Assembly: GCA_048571215.1 (NCBI GenBank) | Contig: CP182352.1 | Coordinates: 3,424,001 to 3,488,000, forward strand | DNA from: Halarcobacter sp. | GTDB taxonomy: Bacteria; Campylobacterota; Campylobacteria; Campylobacterales; Arcobacteraceae | Length of the DNA: 64,000 bases | Direction: 5' to 3' | Shown: piece by piece, positions 1 to 11,258 of the stretch | Numbering within the stretch: position 1 is the stretch's first letter | Layout: the number at the start of each line of letters is the position of its first letter | Notes under the pieces: generated by a model | What the model was told of the DNA's origin: nothing | What the model saw: only the letters and a program-made list of their open reading frames with translations | The model's database searches: none | Made by a program: the position numbers and the translations under genes

Positions 1-1372
<1,372 letters not shown>

Positions 1373-1386
1373 TTAAAACTTTTCTC

Positions 1387-2169
1387 CTATTTTCTATTAA
1401 ATGGAATACCTCTTTTAGTGTTAAGCACAAAATTTGCCAACTCTAAAACATAAGTATTCTTATTTGTTTCTATTAACTCTTTTGCCATATCAGAAATAGG
1501 GTTACCCGATTCAAATAGTGCTTTATAAGCTTTTTTAACTGCATCAATATCTGCTCTGTCACTAAATCTTCTTCTAAGACCATTTAGATTTAATCCTCTT
1601 AGAACTGCTCTGTTCCCTTCTGCTAAACAAAAAGGTGGAATATCTTGGGTAACAACTGAACCCCCAGCTATCATAACATTTGAACCAATTTTACAAAATT
1701 GATGTATGGGAGTTAATCCTCCAACAACAACATTATCATCTATCTCAACATGACCAGCTAGTGTTGCAACATTTGCAAAGATGCAGTTATTTCCAACTAT
1801 AACATCATGAGCAACATGAGTATATCCCATAAAAAGGTTATTGTCACCGATTCTTGTAACCCGACCGCCACCTTTTGTTCCAGGATTAAAAAGAGTGTAT
1901 TCTCTAATTTTGTTGTTGTTTCCTATGATTAGTTCTACATCTTCTCCATCAAATTTCAAATCTTGAGGAATTGAACCTATGGTTGCATGGGAAAAAATTT
2001 GGTTGTTTTCTCCAATTGTTGTTTTACCCTCAATCAAAGTGTGACTAGCTATGGTTGTTCCATTACCGATTTTTACATCTTTCCCTATTAGGGTAAAGGC
2101 ACCAATGGTAATATTATCACCAAGTATTGCTCCATCTTCTATTATAGCTGTTTTATGAATATTATTCAT
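1387..2169 (-). CDS. lpxA: UDP-N-acetylglucosamine acyltransferase LpxA (start probably MNNIHK at 2169)
   Basis: Hexapeptide repeats, PQDLKF, HVAHD, LAGHVE, IHQF; downstream of fabZ; AGGA upstream of 2169. Confidence 0.96.
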   Translation of the reverse strand: MNNIHKTAIIEDGAILGDNITIGAFTLIGKDVKIGNGTTIASHTLIEGKTTIGENNQIFSHATIGSIPQDLKFDGEDVELIIGNNNKIREYTLFNPGTKGGGRVTRIGDNNLFMGYTHVAHDVIVGNNCIFANVATLAGHVEIDDNVVVGGLTPIHQFCKIGSNVMIAGGSVVTQDIPPFCLAEGNRAVLRGLNLNGLRRRFSDRADIDAVKKAYKALFESGNPISDMAKELIETNKNTYVLELANFVLNTKRGIPFNRK

Positions 2170-2176
2170 TCTTTTC

Positions 2177-2620
2177 CTATTTATCAACTATCATAGCTTT
2201 TAGCTCTGCTTCTGCAACAATTTTATCATCAACATAAGCTTTACCATCAAGTACAATCAATGTACCTCTTAGTTTTTTTATTTCAATTCTATACTCTAAT
2301 TTATCACCAGGCTTAACAGGAGTTCTAAATTTTGCTTTATCTATACTCATAAAATAGATAACTTTTTTAGCGATTTCCTCTTTTGATAAGTCATTACTTT
2401 TTAAAGCAAGTACTCCACCAGCTTGAGCCATACCCTCTAGGATTAAAACTCCTGGGTAGATTGGATGACCTGGAAAGTGCCCCATAAAAGCAGGCTCACT
2501 AATAGAGATATTTTTATAACCAGTGATAGACTCACCTTTTTCCATTTGTGTAATTCTATCAACTAATAAAAAAGGGTATCTATGAGGTAAAATATCTTGT
2601 ATTTCCATTATATCTAACAT
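2177..2620 (-). CDS. fabZ: 3-hydroxyacyl-ACP dehydratase FabZ
   Basis: [12 protein letters not shown] and [20 protein letters not shown] motifs. Confidence 0.98.
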   Translation of the reverse strand: MLDIMEIQDILPHRYPFLLVDRITQMEKGESITGYKNISISEPAFMGHFPGHPIYPGVLILEGMAQAGGVLALKSNDLSKEEIAKKVIYFMSIDKAKFRTPVKPGDKLEYRIEIKKLRGTLIVLDGKAYVDDKIVAEAELKAMIVDK

Positions 2621-2672
2621 TCTTGTATTCCTATATCTGTTTTAAAAATCATATATTCTATCTAAAAAAAAA

Positions 2673-3716
2673 TTAGTTCTGAATTATTTTGGCAACATTT
2701 TCGCTACTACCAAATTTTAAATACTCTCTTAAGATTAAAGAGTCTTTTAAAAACTTCTGTCTATCCATATTTTTATACTCCCCATAGAGGTTATCTACTG
2801 TTACATCCTCTTGGAGATACTCTTTGTGAATTATATCTTTTCCCATTTTCTCAAAAAAGATATTTGCAAGACCAATATATGGGAGCTTTACAAACTTCCT
2901 TCCTATAAAATAGTCTATTTTTTTAGCAATATAACTTAAAACAAAAGGGGTTCCTATAATTGAAGCTTCTAAAGTAGCTGTTCCTGAACAAATAAATCCA
3001 AATTCTGCTTCTTTTAACTCTTTATGGGCATCATTTGAAATTGTAAAATTTGATAGGTTTCCATAAGTTTTTTTTATATACTCTTCATCAAATTTTGAAG
3101 GTATTATAAGTATATGTTTTTTGTCTTTTATTTTTGAACTTAGTTCTCTAAATATTGGCATAAGATTTGTAATCTCTGTTTTTCTACTCCCTGGCATATA
3201 AACAATCTTATCACTTTGTGTTAGTTCTTGTTTGAATTTTGTAATCTCATCTAATAAAGGATGCCCCACATAGGTTATTTTATCCTTGTCATTATAAATC
3301 TCACTCTCAAAAGGGATGATAGAGCAAAGTTTGTTACAATATTTTTCTAACTTCTCAACTCTTTTTCTTTTCCACGCCCAAGCTTGAGGAAGAATATAAT
3401 AGATTATCTCTTTATTTGGATAAGTCTCTCTTAATTTTTTTGCAAGGGGTAGGTTAAATCCAGAGCTATCCATTAGCAAAACCTTATCACAATTTTTTGC
3501 AAGTTCCACCATCTCATCTCTAAGTTTAAAGAAAAAATTTATTTTTTTTAGTGCATCCACAAAGCCCATAATTGCCAAATGTGATAAATCATAAAGGGGT
3601 TCCCCTAAATCTTTATCAAATACCCCTTGAAACTCCACACTCTTGCTTAGATATTTTTTTAACTCTTTTAGGTGGATATTTGATGAGGTTTCCAAAGCAG
3701 AAACTAATATTTTCAT
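2673..3716 (-). CDS. lpxB: Lipid-A-disaccharide synthase LpxB
   Basis: PQAWAWK, YVGHPL, PGSR, SGTATLE motifs; lipid A gene context. Confidence 0.95.
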   Translation of the reverse strand: MKILVSALETSSNIHLKELKKYLSKSVEFQGVFDKDLGEPLYDLSHLAIMGFVDALKKINFFFKLRDEMVELAKNCDKVLLMDSSGFNLPLAKKLRETYPNKEIIYYILPQAWAWKRKRVEKLEKYCNKLCSIIPFESEIYNDKDKITYVGHPLLDEITKFKQELTQSDKIVYMPGSRKTEITNLMPIFRELSSKIKDKKHILIIPSKFDEEYIKKTYGNLSNFTISNDAHKELKEAEFGFICSGTATLEASIIGTPFVLSYIAKKIDYFIGRKFVKLPYIGLANIFFEKMGKDIIHKEYLQEDVTVDNLYGEYKNMDRQKFLKDSLILREYLKFGSSENVAKIIQN

Positions 3717-4786
3717 ATAATTACTTCTTTTACATCTTCATAAATAACAGAGTCAAGGCTTATATCGTATTTTCCATCTATAACTTCATCCACAACAACA
3801 ATAGTTGATAAGCCATAGGGATTGTTTGTGATTTTTTCTCTGATATTTAATTCTGACTTAAAGGTGGGTGGATTGAACATCAAGTCTTTTACACTTCTAT
3901 ATGTGCTATTCCCAAGTTCATTAAAAATATTCAAAGGTAGAATTTTTACTTCATCTCTGTTTAAATAAGAGATTTCATTTTTTTCGTAGGTTATTCTACC
4001 ATTTGTTTTTTTCTTACCTAATGTAGAATAACAAAGAAAATATGAGGGTACAATCTCTTTATCTATTTTTAAAGTTGCACTTAGAAGTCTATAGTTTAAA
4101 AATCTTTGTTTGATAATCTGAAAAGGGATCCCTTGTTCTTCTAAATCATCTCTTTTTTTATATATCTCTAGTCTACTCTCTATTGATTCTGGAAGTATTT
4201 GATTAGAAATTGGGGAAAACATCTCATCCATAATTTTATCCTGTTGTTCTCTTTGATCACTTAGTGCAAAAATACATCCACAATAGTTTTGTCTATACAA
4301 AGAGTTTTCTTTTACTACTTCACCTTGTTTTTGGCTACCATTACCACTTCTATAATCTTTGAAAATAAATTCACAGTTATATTTTTCTTGTAATTCACTA
4401 CCAATTTTCTCTAGCTTGTCTTGAGATTTCTTTGGAGAGATTAAAAGAGAAGTTGTAAATTTGTTATGACCTAATTCTAAGGCTTTTTTAACACTTGTTT
4501 CAAGTCTATCATCAAAACATACGGTGCATCTATCACCTTTTTCTGGTTCATTTTCAAGACCTTTTACTTTTTTTAGCCACTCTTCTAGGTTATATGGACC
4601 TTCTATTAAAGGTATTCCTAACTTTTTACAAGAGTATTCCACATCTAAATATCTTAATCTATACTCTTCATATGGGTGGATGTTTGGATCATAAAAAAAA
4701 CCTGTTAAATCTTCGTTTGGGAAATCTTCTCTTAACTTCTCTAAAAAATAATGGGAATCAACTGCGCAACAAATATGTACTAACAA
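3713..4786 (-). CDS. queH: Epoxyqueuosine reductase QueH family protein with C-terminal extension
   Basis: LVHICCA, FYDPNIHP, RCTVCFDDRL, YRQNYCGC motifs. Confidence 0.88.
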   Translation of the reverse strand: MLVHICCAVDSHYFLEKLREDFPNEDLTGFFYDPNIHPYEEYRLRYLDVEYSCKKLGIPLIEGPYNLEEWLKKVKGLENEPEKGDRCTVCFDDRLETSVKKALELGHNKFTTSLLISPKKSQDKLEKIGSELQEKYNCEFIFKDYRSGNGSQKQGEVVKENSLYRQNYCGCIFALSDQREQQDKIMDEMFSPISNQILPESIESRLEIYKKRDDLEEQGIPFQIIKQRFLNYRLLSATLKIDKEIVPSYFLCYSTLGKKKTNGRITYEKNEISYLNRDEVKILPLNIFNELGNSTYRSVKDLMFNPPTFKSELNIREKITNNPYGLSTIVVVDEVIDGKYDISLDSVIYEDVKEVII

Positions 4787-4847
4787 AAACTACCTTTGAT
4801 GATTTTTTTAGTATTATAGTGAAACTTTTTATAACAAAGGATTAGAA

Positions 4848-5231
4848 ATAAAAATTACAATATATATTTATCTTTTTATTCTTTTATTTACAGGTTGTGC
4901 CTTTACTCAACCTAAAGTTGTCTCAAGTGCAACTATTTTGATAAAAACCCCTGGGATGAAGTTTTATGATAGAGGGTTTATCTCAAAATATGATGACCAT
5001 ATAAATGTGCAGATTTTTTCGGCAGGAACTTCTATTTTAACTTTAGATATTTTTGATGATAGGATATGCAAAGATAGTTTACAATGTCAGTCTAGTAGCT
5101 CTTTTAACAAAGAGTTTTTACATAAAAGTTACAAAAAAAACTTTCTAAAAGAGCTATTTAGTCAAAATAAAAAACAGACTATTTTCAGGGATAAGCAAAA
5201 CCATATACTAATCAAGATTTTAAAAGATTAG
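4848..5231 (+). CDS. Putative lipoprotein; reading frame extends upstream of the ORF-track start to a probable ATA start
   Basis: In-frame upstream sequence reads IKITIYIYLFILLFTGC (lipobox); AAGGA at 4837-4841; in-frame TAG at 4809. Confidence 0.7.
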   Translation: MKITIYIYLFILLFTGCAFTQPKVVSSATILIKTPGMKFYDRGFISKYDDHINVQIFSAGTSILTLDIFDDRICKDSLQCQSSSSFNKEFLHKSYKKNFLKELFSQNKKQTIFRDKQNHILIKILKD

Positions 5232-5232
5232 T

Positions 5233-6432
5233 TTACATTTTTCTAATTCTTGAATATCCTGTTTTGATTAGTTTTAATAAAGGTTTTCTATATGAACTAA
5301 ATACATAATGTTTAATTTCATATGCTAATCTTCCTTTTACATGAAATAAGTCATAAATACTTCCAGCTGCATATTTCCCACCAAGGGCTATTAATATCCC
5401 TTCAAGTTTTGGATCACAAGGGATTAGTTTTTTGTTATTGATTAGATTAAGAACATTTTTTCCAGCATTTATTCCACTTATTCTTGCAATAGTTACATTT
5501 GGTGGCATTATATCACCATTTTTATTTCTAATCTCAGCTGCATCTCCAATGGCAAATATATTTTCATATTTGTCACTTTGCATAAACTCATTTACTATTA
5601 TTTGTCCTTTTGGGTTTGTTGCTACATCTAACTCTTCTGTGATTTTATTTGCTTCAACACCCCCTGTGAAAATTAGAAATGAGTGTTTGATTTTTGTACC
5701 ATTTGATAAATAAGCAAGATCATCTTCACATTTTTGAAGTTTTGTATTTGTAATTACATTAATCCCAAGCTCTTTTAATCTATTGTGAGAGATTCTTATA
5801 AGTTTTGGATGAAGTCCTGGTAAAATAGAATCAGAACTACTAATCAAAGAGATTTTTAGATTGTCACAACTAAAATTTCCTCTTTTGAAGAACATTCTTG
5901 AGTTGTATGCCATCTCAGCTGCTATCTCAACACCAGATAAACCGGCTCCAACAACTACAATATGCGTATCATCACAAGTTTTTGCCTCATCTTCAATTTT
6001 TTTGAAAAGTTGATTTTCAAAACTTTGTTTAAAAAACATAGCCCAGTGAAGTTTTTTTATATCGTGTGCATTGTTAAGTCCGGGAATAACAGGTGGGAAA
6101 AATGTTCTAGTTCCTGTTGCCATGATTAGGTAATCAAACTCGACTATCTCTTTCTCTTCTGTAAAGATTTTCTTTTGTTCTTGGTCTATTTTTCTCACTT
6201 TTAGATTTTTATACTCTAAATAGCTGTGATTAAAACCTTTACACAAGGTAGTTAAGTCAATAGTTACATCTGCAATATTAGATTTGTTTGCAATTAGGTC
6301 GTAAACTTCAGGTTGTAGGTTGTGAAAGGTGTGTTTATCAATAAGAGTGATTTTTATATGCTTATTTTTTACAAGTTCTCTTAAAGCATAAATACCAGCA
6401 TACCCACCACCGATTATTACTACTTTATCCAT
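5233..6432 (-). CDS. NAD(P)/FAD-dependent oxidoreductase, type II NADH dehydrogenase-like
   Basis: GGGYAG FAD motif, VVGAGLSGVEIAAE second Rossmann motif, IFAIGD. Confidence 0.85.
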   Translation of the reverse strand: MDKVVIIGGGYAGIYALRELVKNKHIKITLIDKHTFHNLQPEVYDLIANKSNIADVTIDLTTLCKGFNHSYLEYKNLKVRKIDQEQKKIFTEEKEIVEFDYLIMATGTRTFFPPVIPGLNNAHDIKKLHWAMFFKQSFENQLFKKIEDEAKTCDDTHIVVVGAGLSGVEIAAEMAYNSRMFFKRGNFSCDNLKISLISSSDSILPGLHPKLIRISHNRLKELGINVITNTKLQKCEDDLAYLSNGTKIKHSFLIFTGGVEANKITEELDVATNPKGQIIVNEFMQSDKYENIFAIGDAAEIRNKNGDIMPPNVTIARISGINAGKNVLNLINNKKLIPCDPKLEGILIALGGKYAAGSIYDLFHVKGRLAYEIKHYVFSSYRKPLLKLIKTGYSRIRKM

Positions 6433-6574
6433 ATTTTATCCTTCATAAATATAATGATTTTGTAATAAATTAAATCGTATAGTATTTAAATTTTATAGCC
6501 TAAGTATAGCTAAAGTGGAATAGTACACAAAATAGGATTAAAATAGTTTGGTTTGCTGTATATAAATTAGATAG

Positions 6575-8536
6575 TTAATCTAATCTTTTTGGTTCACCAA
6601 AATAGTAACCCTGTGAATAATCAACTCCCATTTTTTTGACAGTTTTATATACATCAGCCGAATGTACAAACTCCGCAATGGTTTTTATACCCATTTTATT
6701 TGCAAAGTTGATAATAGTTTCAGTTACTATTTGAGAATTTTTATTTTTATCAATATTTCTTATCATTGAGGCATCAATTTTTATATAATCAACATTTAGT
6801 TTCATAAGATATTCGAAGTTAGAATAACCAGTACCAAAGTCATCAATAGAGATTTTTGCTCCTGTTTTTTTAACCTCTTTAATAAATTGTTTAACCTCTG
6901 CAAAATTTTCGATACCTTCTGATTCTAATATCTCAAATACTATTTTATTGCCAAGTTTGTATTCATTGAGTTTTTCTAATATGATTTGGTGAATATATTT
7001 ATTTAAAATATCTTCAACTGATAGGTTAATAGAGATTTGTACATTAAAAGTTTTTGCTTTTTGAAAGGTTTTTATTAAGATAATTTTTGTCAATTCAGGA
7101 TATAGCTTATTCTTTTTTGCTAACTGTAAGAAGTGTATAGGTGCTATATATTCTCCATTTTTATCAACCATTCTCATTAAGGCTTCATATTTTACTATCT
7201 CTTTTGTTTTTGTATTTACTATTGGTTGATATAAAGGTTCTATCATATCATTTGTAATTGCATCTTTTATTTTTTTTGTCCAATGAAGGTTTTGCTCATA
7301 TTCATACTCCATATGCATAGATGAATCATATATTAAAAATCTTTTTTTATTTTTTTTGGCCAATTTTAAAGCAATATCTGAGTAGTTTAGTAAAAAAGTA
7401 TTTCCATATGCTACCCCCATAGTTACACTTATATAAATTTGAGTTCCATTTATCTCAAAATCAGTATTTTCAATCACATTAGATATATGAGAAGCAAGTT
7501 TTTCAATTTCATTATATGATAAATCACTTGGATAATATATAGCATACTCATCAGCATGAAGCTTAAAAAGTTGGGCTGTAGATATTGGTAAAGCTTTTTT
7601 TAGAATATCAGATGTTTCTTTTAATATCTCATCTCCTGCTATATCTCCATAAAGGTCATTTATCTCTTGGAACTTATCAATATCTATGATTACTAAAACT
7701 CCATTTTCATAGTTTGAGATAACTTCAATTAATCTTTTTCTATTTGGCAGAGAGGTTAATGAATCATTATAAAATTGGAACTCTATAGAATCAAGCATAT
7801 CATTGAAAACAATTTGCATAGATTCTATCTCTTCTACATTGTTATCTTCTATTGTAACTCTTTTTGTAATATTCTTTTCATTTGAAATAGAGTTGATATT
7901 TGCAATAAATATTTTGATAGGTTTAACTAAATGTTTATCAAATTTAGTAAATAATGCAAAAAATATAACAAGTGTAAAAATTATAATAAAAATCAAGAAA
8001 AAGTTAATAATAGAGGATAAAGATACTTTTAAATCTTTTATAGGATAGTTTATATTAATGACACCCAAAACACTCCCTGTAGTTGTTTGTGTATGACATT
8101 TAAGACACTCATCTTTTGCTACTAAAGGATAATAATAATCAATAGATTTGTCATCAACTATATTTAAAACCTCTGTGTTGTTCAAGGCTTGTTTTATTAG
8201 ATGGTTATTTTTTCTTGCATTTAAATCTTTTTTTATCTCTCCAAATTGTTTTGCAACTTCATAACTTCTATATACATCTACCCGCATATTTTTATCTACA
8301 TTATTTAATCTATGGATTATTTTTTCTAAATCATTTCTATCCCAACCCTTTTCCATAGCTGAGTATAGAGATTGGAACACAAGCTGTGTAGTCTTCTTGG
8401 CATCTACTTTTGTTAGTTTTTCTATAGCATCTTTTTTCATATATTGGGCATAAAAAAAAGCTACTGATAAACTTATTACAAGGGTAGATAGTATAATTTT
8501 AAAAATAAGTTTTTTATATGTTGTTCTTCGATTCAT
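6575..8536 (-). CDS. Membrane c-di-GMP phosphodiesterase: periplasmic CxxCH domain, degenerate GGDEF domain, EAL domain
   Basis: Two hydrophobic segments flanking CLKCH; DSLTSLPNR and DIDKFQEINDLYG with LHADEY in place of GGDEF; YEAL, EILESE, DDFGTGYS, IKID. Confidence 0.9.
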   Translation of the reverse strand: MNRRTTYKKLIFKIILSTLVISLSVAFFYAQYMKKDAIEKLTKVDAKKTTQLVFQSLYSAMEKGWDRNDLEKIIHRLNNVDKNMRVDVYRSYEVAKQFGEIKKDLNARKNNHLIKQALNNTEVLNIVDDKSIDYYYPLVAKDECLKCHTQTTTGSVLGVININYPIKDLKVSLSSIINFFLIFIIIFTLVIFFALFTKFDKHLVKPIKIFIANINSISNEKNITKRVTIEDNNVEEIESMQIVFNDMLDSIEFQFYNDSLTSLPNRKRLIEVISNYENGVLVIIDIDKFQEINDLYGDIAGDEILKETSDILKKALPISTAQLFKLHADEYAIYYPSDLSYNEIEKLASHISNVIENTDFEINGTQIYISVTMGVAYGNTFLLNYSDIALKLAKKNKKRFLIYDSSMHMEYEYEQNLHWTKKIKDAITNDMIEPLYQPIVNTKTKEIVKYEALMRMVDKNGEYIAPIHFLQLAKKNKLYPELTKIILIKTFQKAKTFNVQISINLSVEDILNKYIHQIILEKLNEYKLGNKIVFEILESEGIENFAEVKQFIKEVKKTGAKISIDDFGTGYSNFEYLMKLNVDYIKIDASMIRNIDKNKNSQIVTETIINFANKMGIKTIAEFVHSADVYKTVKKMGVDYSQGYYFGEPKRLD

Positions 8537-8654
8537 TTTATATTAATTGCTTTTATTATGAAAATTTTAATTTTTGAAAATATACAGTAATTAGCTTTAA
8601 AGTACTATTTTTGTATTATCATTTTTAAATAAATAAACTTTTTTAGGAATTAAT

Positions 8655-9541
8655 ATGAAATATGTAGGAGCACATGTAAGTGCAACTGGAGGTGTTTTTA
8701 ATGCCCCATTAAATGCAATAGAATTAGGTGCTAAAGCCTTTGCACTTTTTACCAAAAATCAAAAAAGATGGGATGCTAAACCTTTTGATAATAAAACTTT
8801 AGACCTTTGGTTTAAAAACTTAGAAGACAGCGGTATTCAAGCAAAACATATCTTGCCCCATGATAGTTATTTAATCAATCTAGGACATCCAGAAGAGGAA
8901 AAACTTATAAAAAGTAGAAATGCCTTTATAGATGAGATACAAAGATGTGAAATACTTGGACTTGACAGACTTAACTTCCACCCAGGAAGTCATCTTCAAA
9001 AGTTTTCTAAAAGAGCACCTGATTATGATGATTTAATCTATAGTGCAGAACTGCAATGTTTAGAAATAATAGCAGAATCAATCAATATAGCCCTAGATAA
9101 AACAAGTGGAGTAACAGCAGTTATCGAAAATACAGCAGGACAAGGGACAAACCTAGGGTATAAGTTTGAACACCTAGCCTATATAATAGATAAAGTGGAA
9201 GATAAAAGTAGAGTTGGAGTATGTATAGATACCTGTCATATGTTTACAGCAGGATACGATATACGAACCCGTGAAGCTTATGATAAAACTTGGGGTGACT
9301 TTGACAAAATTGTTGGACGTGAATTTTTAAAAGGGATGCATATAAATGACTCAAAACCACCTTTAGGAAGTAGAGTAGATAGACACCATAGCCTAGGTGA
9401 AGGTGAAATAGGTTGGGATGCTTTTAAATTTATCATGAATGATAGTAGAATGGATGATATTCCATTGGTTTTAGAAACTATTGATGAATCAATCTGGGCT
9501 CAAGAGATTGAGAATATGTATAATCTTGTAGAAAAATAAAA
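8655..9541 (+). CDS. nfo: Endonuclease IV (ORF 8655..9539)
   Basis: [40 protein letters not shown] motifs. Confidence 0.97.
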
Positions 9542-9679
9542 ACTTATTTTAATAAGCATCTTCCTTCATAACTCTACGTTGCGAAAAAAAGAATACAAAC
9601 TCATTTACTACAAGTAAAATCCTTCATATTCTTTTTTTCGCGCCTTGATTTATTTTGAAATCTACTCATTTAAATAAGT
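9542..9679. repeat. ~138-bp imperfect palindromic intergenic element (ERIC/MITE-like)
   Basis: Nested inverted repeats: 9542-9553 with 9668-9679 (11/12), perfect 15 bp 9581-9595 with 9627-9641, core TTTACT-aca-AGTAAA 9604-9618. Confidence 0.7.
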
Positions 9680-9723
9680 CTTGGTGAATAGAATAGTTCT
9701 TAAAAAAATCCAAAATCTTTCCT

Positions 9724-9756
9724 TGTGACACAAATGTGACATAAATACTTTATAAT
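9724..9756 (+). promoter_or_regulatory. Tandem TGTGAC-N5-TGTGACA box followed by a TATAAT -10 element
   Basis: TGTGAC at 9724 and 9735 (11-bp period); TATAAT at 9751; same arrangement recurs at 30080. Confidence 0.65.
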
Positions 9757-9810
9757 TAGATTGTTTATTAAAAGAAGGTGTTTTAATCAATTTATTCTAA
9801 AGGAATAGTT

Positions 9811-11166
9811 ATGAGTCATTTAAAAAAAACAAGAGCTGGAAGTTGGCTTCCTAGTAGTGTTGAACAGATTGATGCTTGGATTAAGGATCTAAAAAAAGAG
9901 GTTTTAAAACAAAATGCCCCTTTAATAAAACCTATAAAAGATTTTAAACAGATGGTTGAAAGTGATGCTGTTTTAAATGGTCTTGCTACTTCTATGTTTA
10001 CAGAAGCAGCGATAATGAGAGCCAAAACTCCACTTGGAACCCCTGAGGTAAAAGATTTTGATGAGTTTTTATTTCTTTTAAATGGTATTATGAACCAGGC
10101 TCCGCAGTTTACCGAATGTCCAGATAAAAGTGGTGATGATGAACCTTGTGGGCTTATTGGGTTTCCTATAAATGCTCTACTTGATTGGCCTATGGCTACT
10201 AGCTTTGGTTATGAATTTTTTTCAAATGCTTTAGTAAATCAACAACTTAAAAAGATATTGGCTTATTGGAGTGAATATTTAGTGAGTAAAGATTCAAGAA
10301 AAGTATTAGTTGAAAGTTTCCCTAATAGAACTCCTAAAGTATTAGCTTGGTTAAGTGAACCTGCAAAAAGAGAGATGGTAAAAGTAGCTTGTAAAGCTGT
10401 AGAGGATAAAAAAGATTGTAGAAAACAAACTTTTGAAGATATTTTTGAGTGTGATCCAAATGATAAATATTATGGTTTTAAATCTTGGGATGATTTTTTT
10501 ACAAGAAAATTTAAAAAAGGGGTAAGACCAATAGCTAAAGGTGATGATATTATAGCAAATGCTTGCGAATCTGCGCCTTTAAAAGTGGTGAAAAATGTAA
10601 AAAAAGATGCAAAATTTTGGTTAAAAAAACAAGCATATTCTTTGGAAAATATGATGAATTTTGACCCACTAGCTAGCAATTTTGAAGGGGGTACAGTTTA
10701 TCAAGCTTTTTTAAGTGCTTTAAGTTACCATAAATGGAATTCACCTGTAAGTGGTAAAGTTAAAAAAGCATTTGTAGTAAATGGAACATATTATTTAGAA
10801 AATAAATATCAAGGGTTTATGCATAAAAAGGGAGCAGACCCTAGTGCACCAAACGATTCTCAACTTTTTTTAAGTGCAGTTGCAACAAGAGCAGTTATAT
10901 TTATAGAAGCAGATAATCCAAAAATTGGTTTGATGTGTTTTATTGCTATTGGTATGGCGGAGGTTTCATCTTGTGAAATTACAGTTAAAAAAGGGCAAAA
11001 AATCAAAAAAGGTGATGAGTTAGGGATGTTCCACTTTGGAGGTTCAACCCATTGTCTTATTTTTGGACCAGATGTAAAACTAAAATTTCATTTCCACAAT
11101 AACAAAAAACCAAGTATACATGCCGTAAATATACCAGTGCATTCAAAACTTGCAACTGTGAAATAG
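9811..11166 (+). CDS. Pyruvoyl-dependent decarboxylase of the phosphatidylserine decarboxylase superfamily, PsiD-like subfamily
   Basis: GFKSWDDFFTR, NACES, YHKW, FIEADN, GMAEVSSC, and self-cleavage motif GMFHFGGST; N-terminal PSDC-type domain. Confidence 0.88.
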   Translation: MSHLKKTRAGSWLPSSVEQIDAWIKDLKKEVLKQNAPLIKPIKDFKQMVESDAVLNGLATSMFTEAAIMRAKTPLGTPEVKDFDEFLFLLNGIMNQAPQFTECPDKSGDDEPCGLIGFPINALLDWPMATSFGYEFFSNALVNQQLKKILAYWSEYLVSKDSRKVLVESFPNRTPKVLAWLSEPAKREMVKVACKAVEDKKDCRKQTFEDIFECDPNDKYYGFKSWDDFFTRKFKKGVRPIAKGDDIIANACESAPLKVVKNVKKDAKFWLKKQAYSLENMMNFDPLASNFEGGTVYQAFLSALSYHKWNSPVSGKVKKAFVVNGTYYLENKYQGFMHKKGADPSAPNDSQLFLSAVATRAVIFIEADNPKIGLMCFIAIGMAEVSSCEITVKKGQKIKKGDELGMFHFGGSTHCLIFGPDVKLKFHFHNNKKPSIHAVNIPVHSKLATVK

Positions 11167-11190
11167 ACAAAGGATTTTTCCTTTGTCTAT
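11163..11190. terminator. Hairpin, probable terminator between convergent genes
   Basis: ATAGACAAAGGA-tttt-TCCTTTGTCTAT, perfect 12-bp stem. Confidence 0.7.
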
Positions 11191-11258
11191 GTAAGTTATT
11201 TGATAGGCTAAAACAAATCTATTAATCCAATAGCTATAAGAGGAAGATTTTTTATTTA

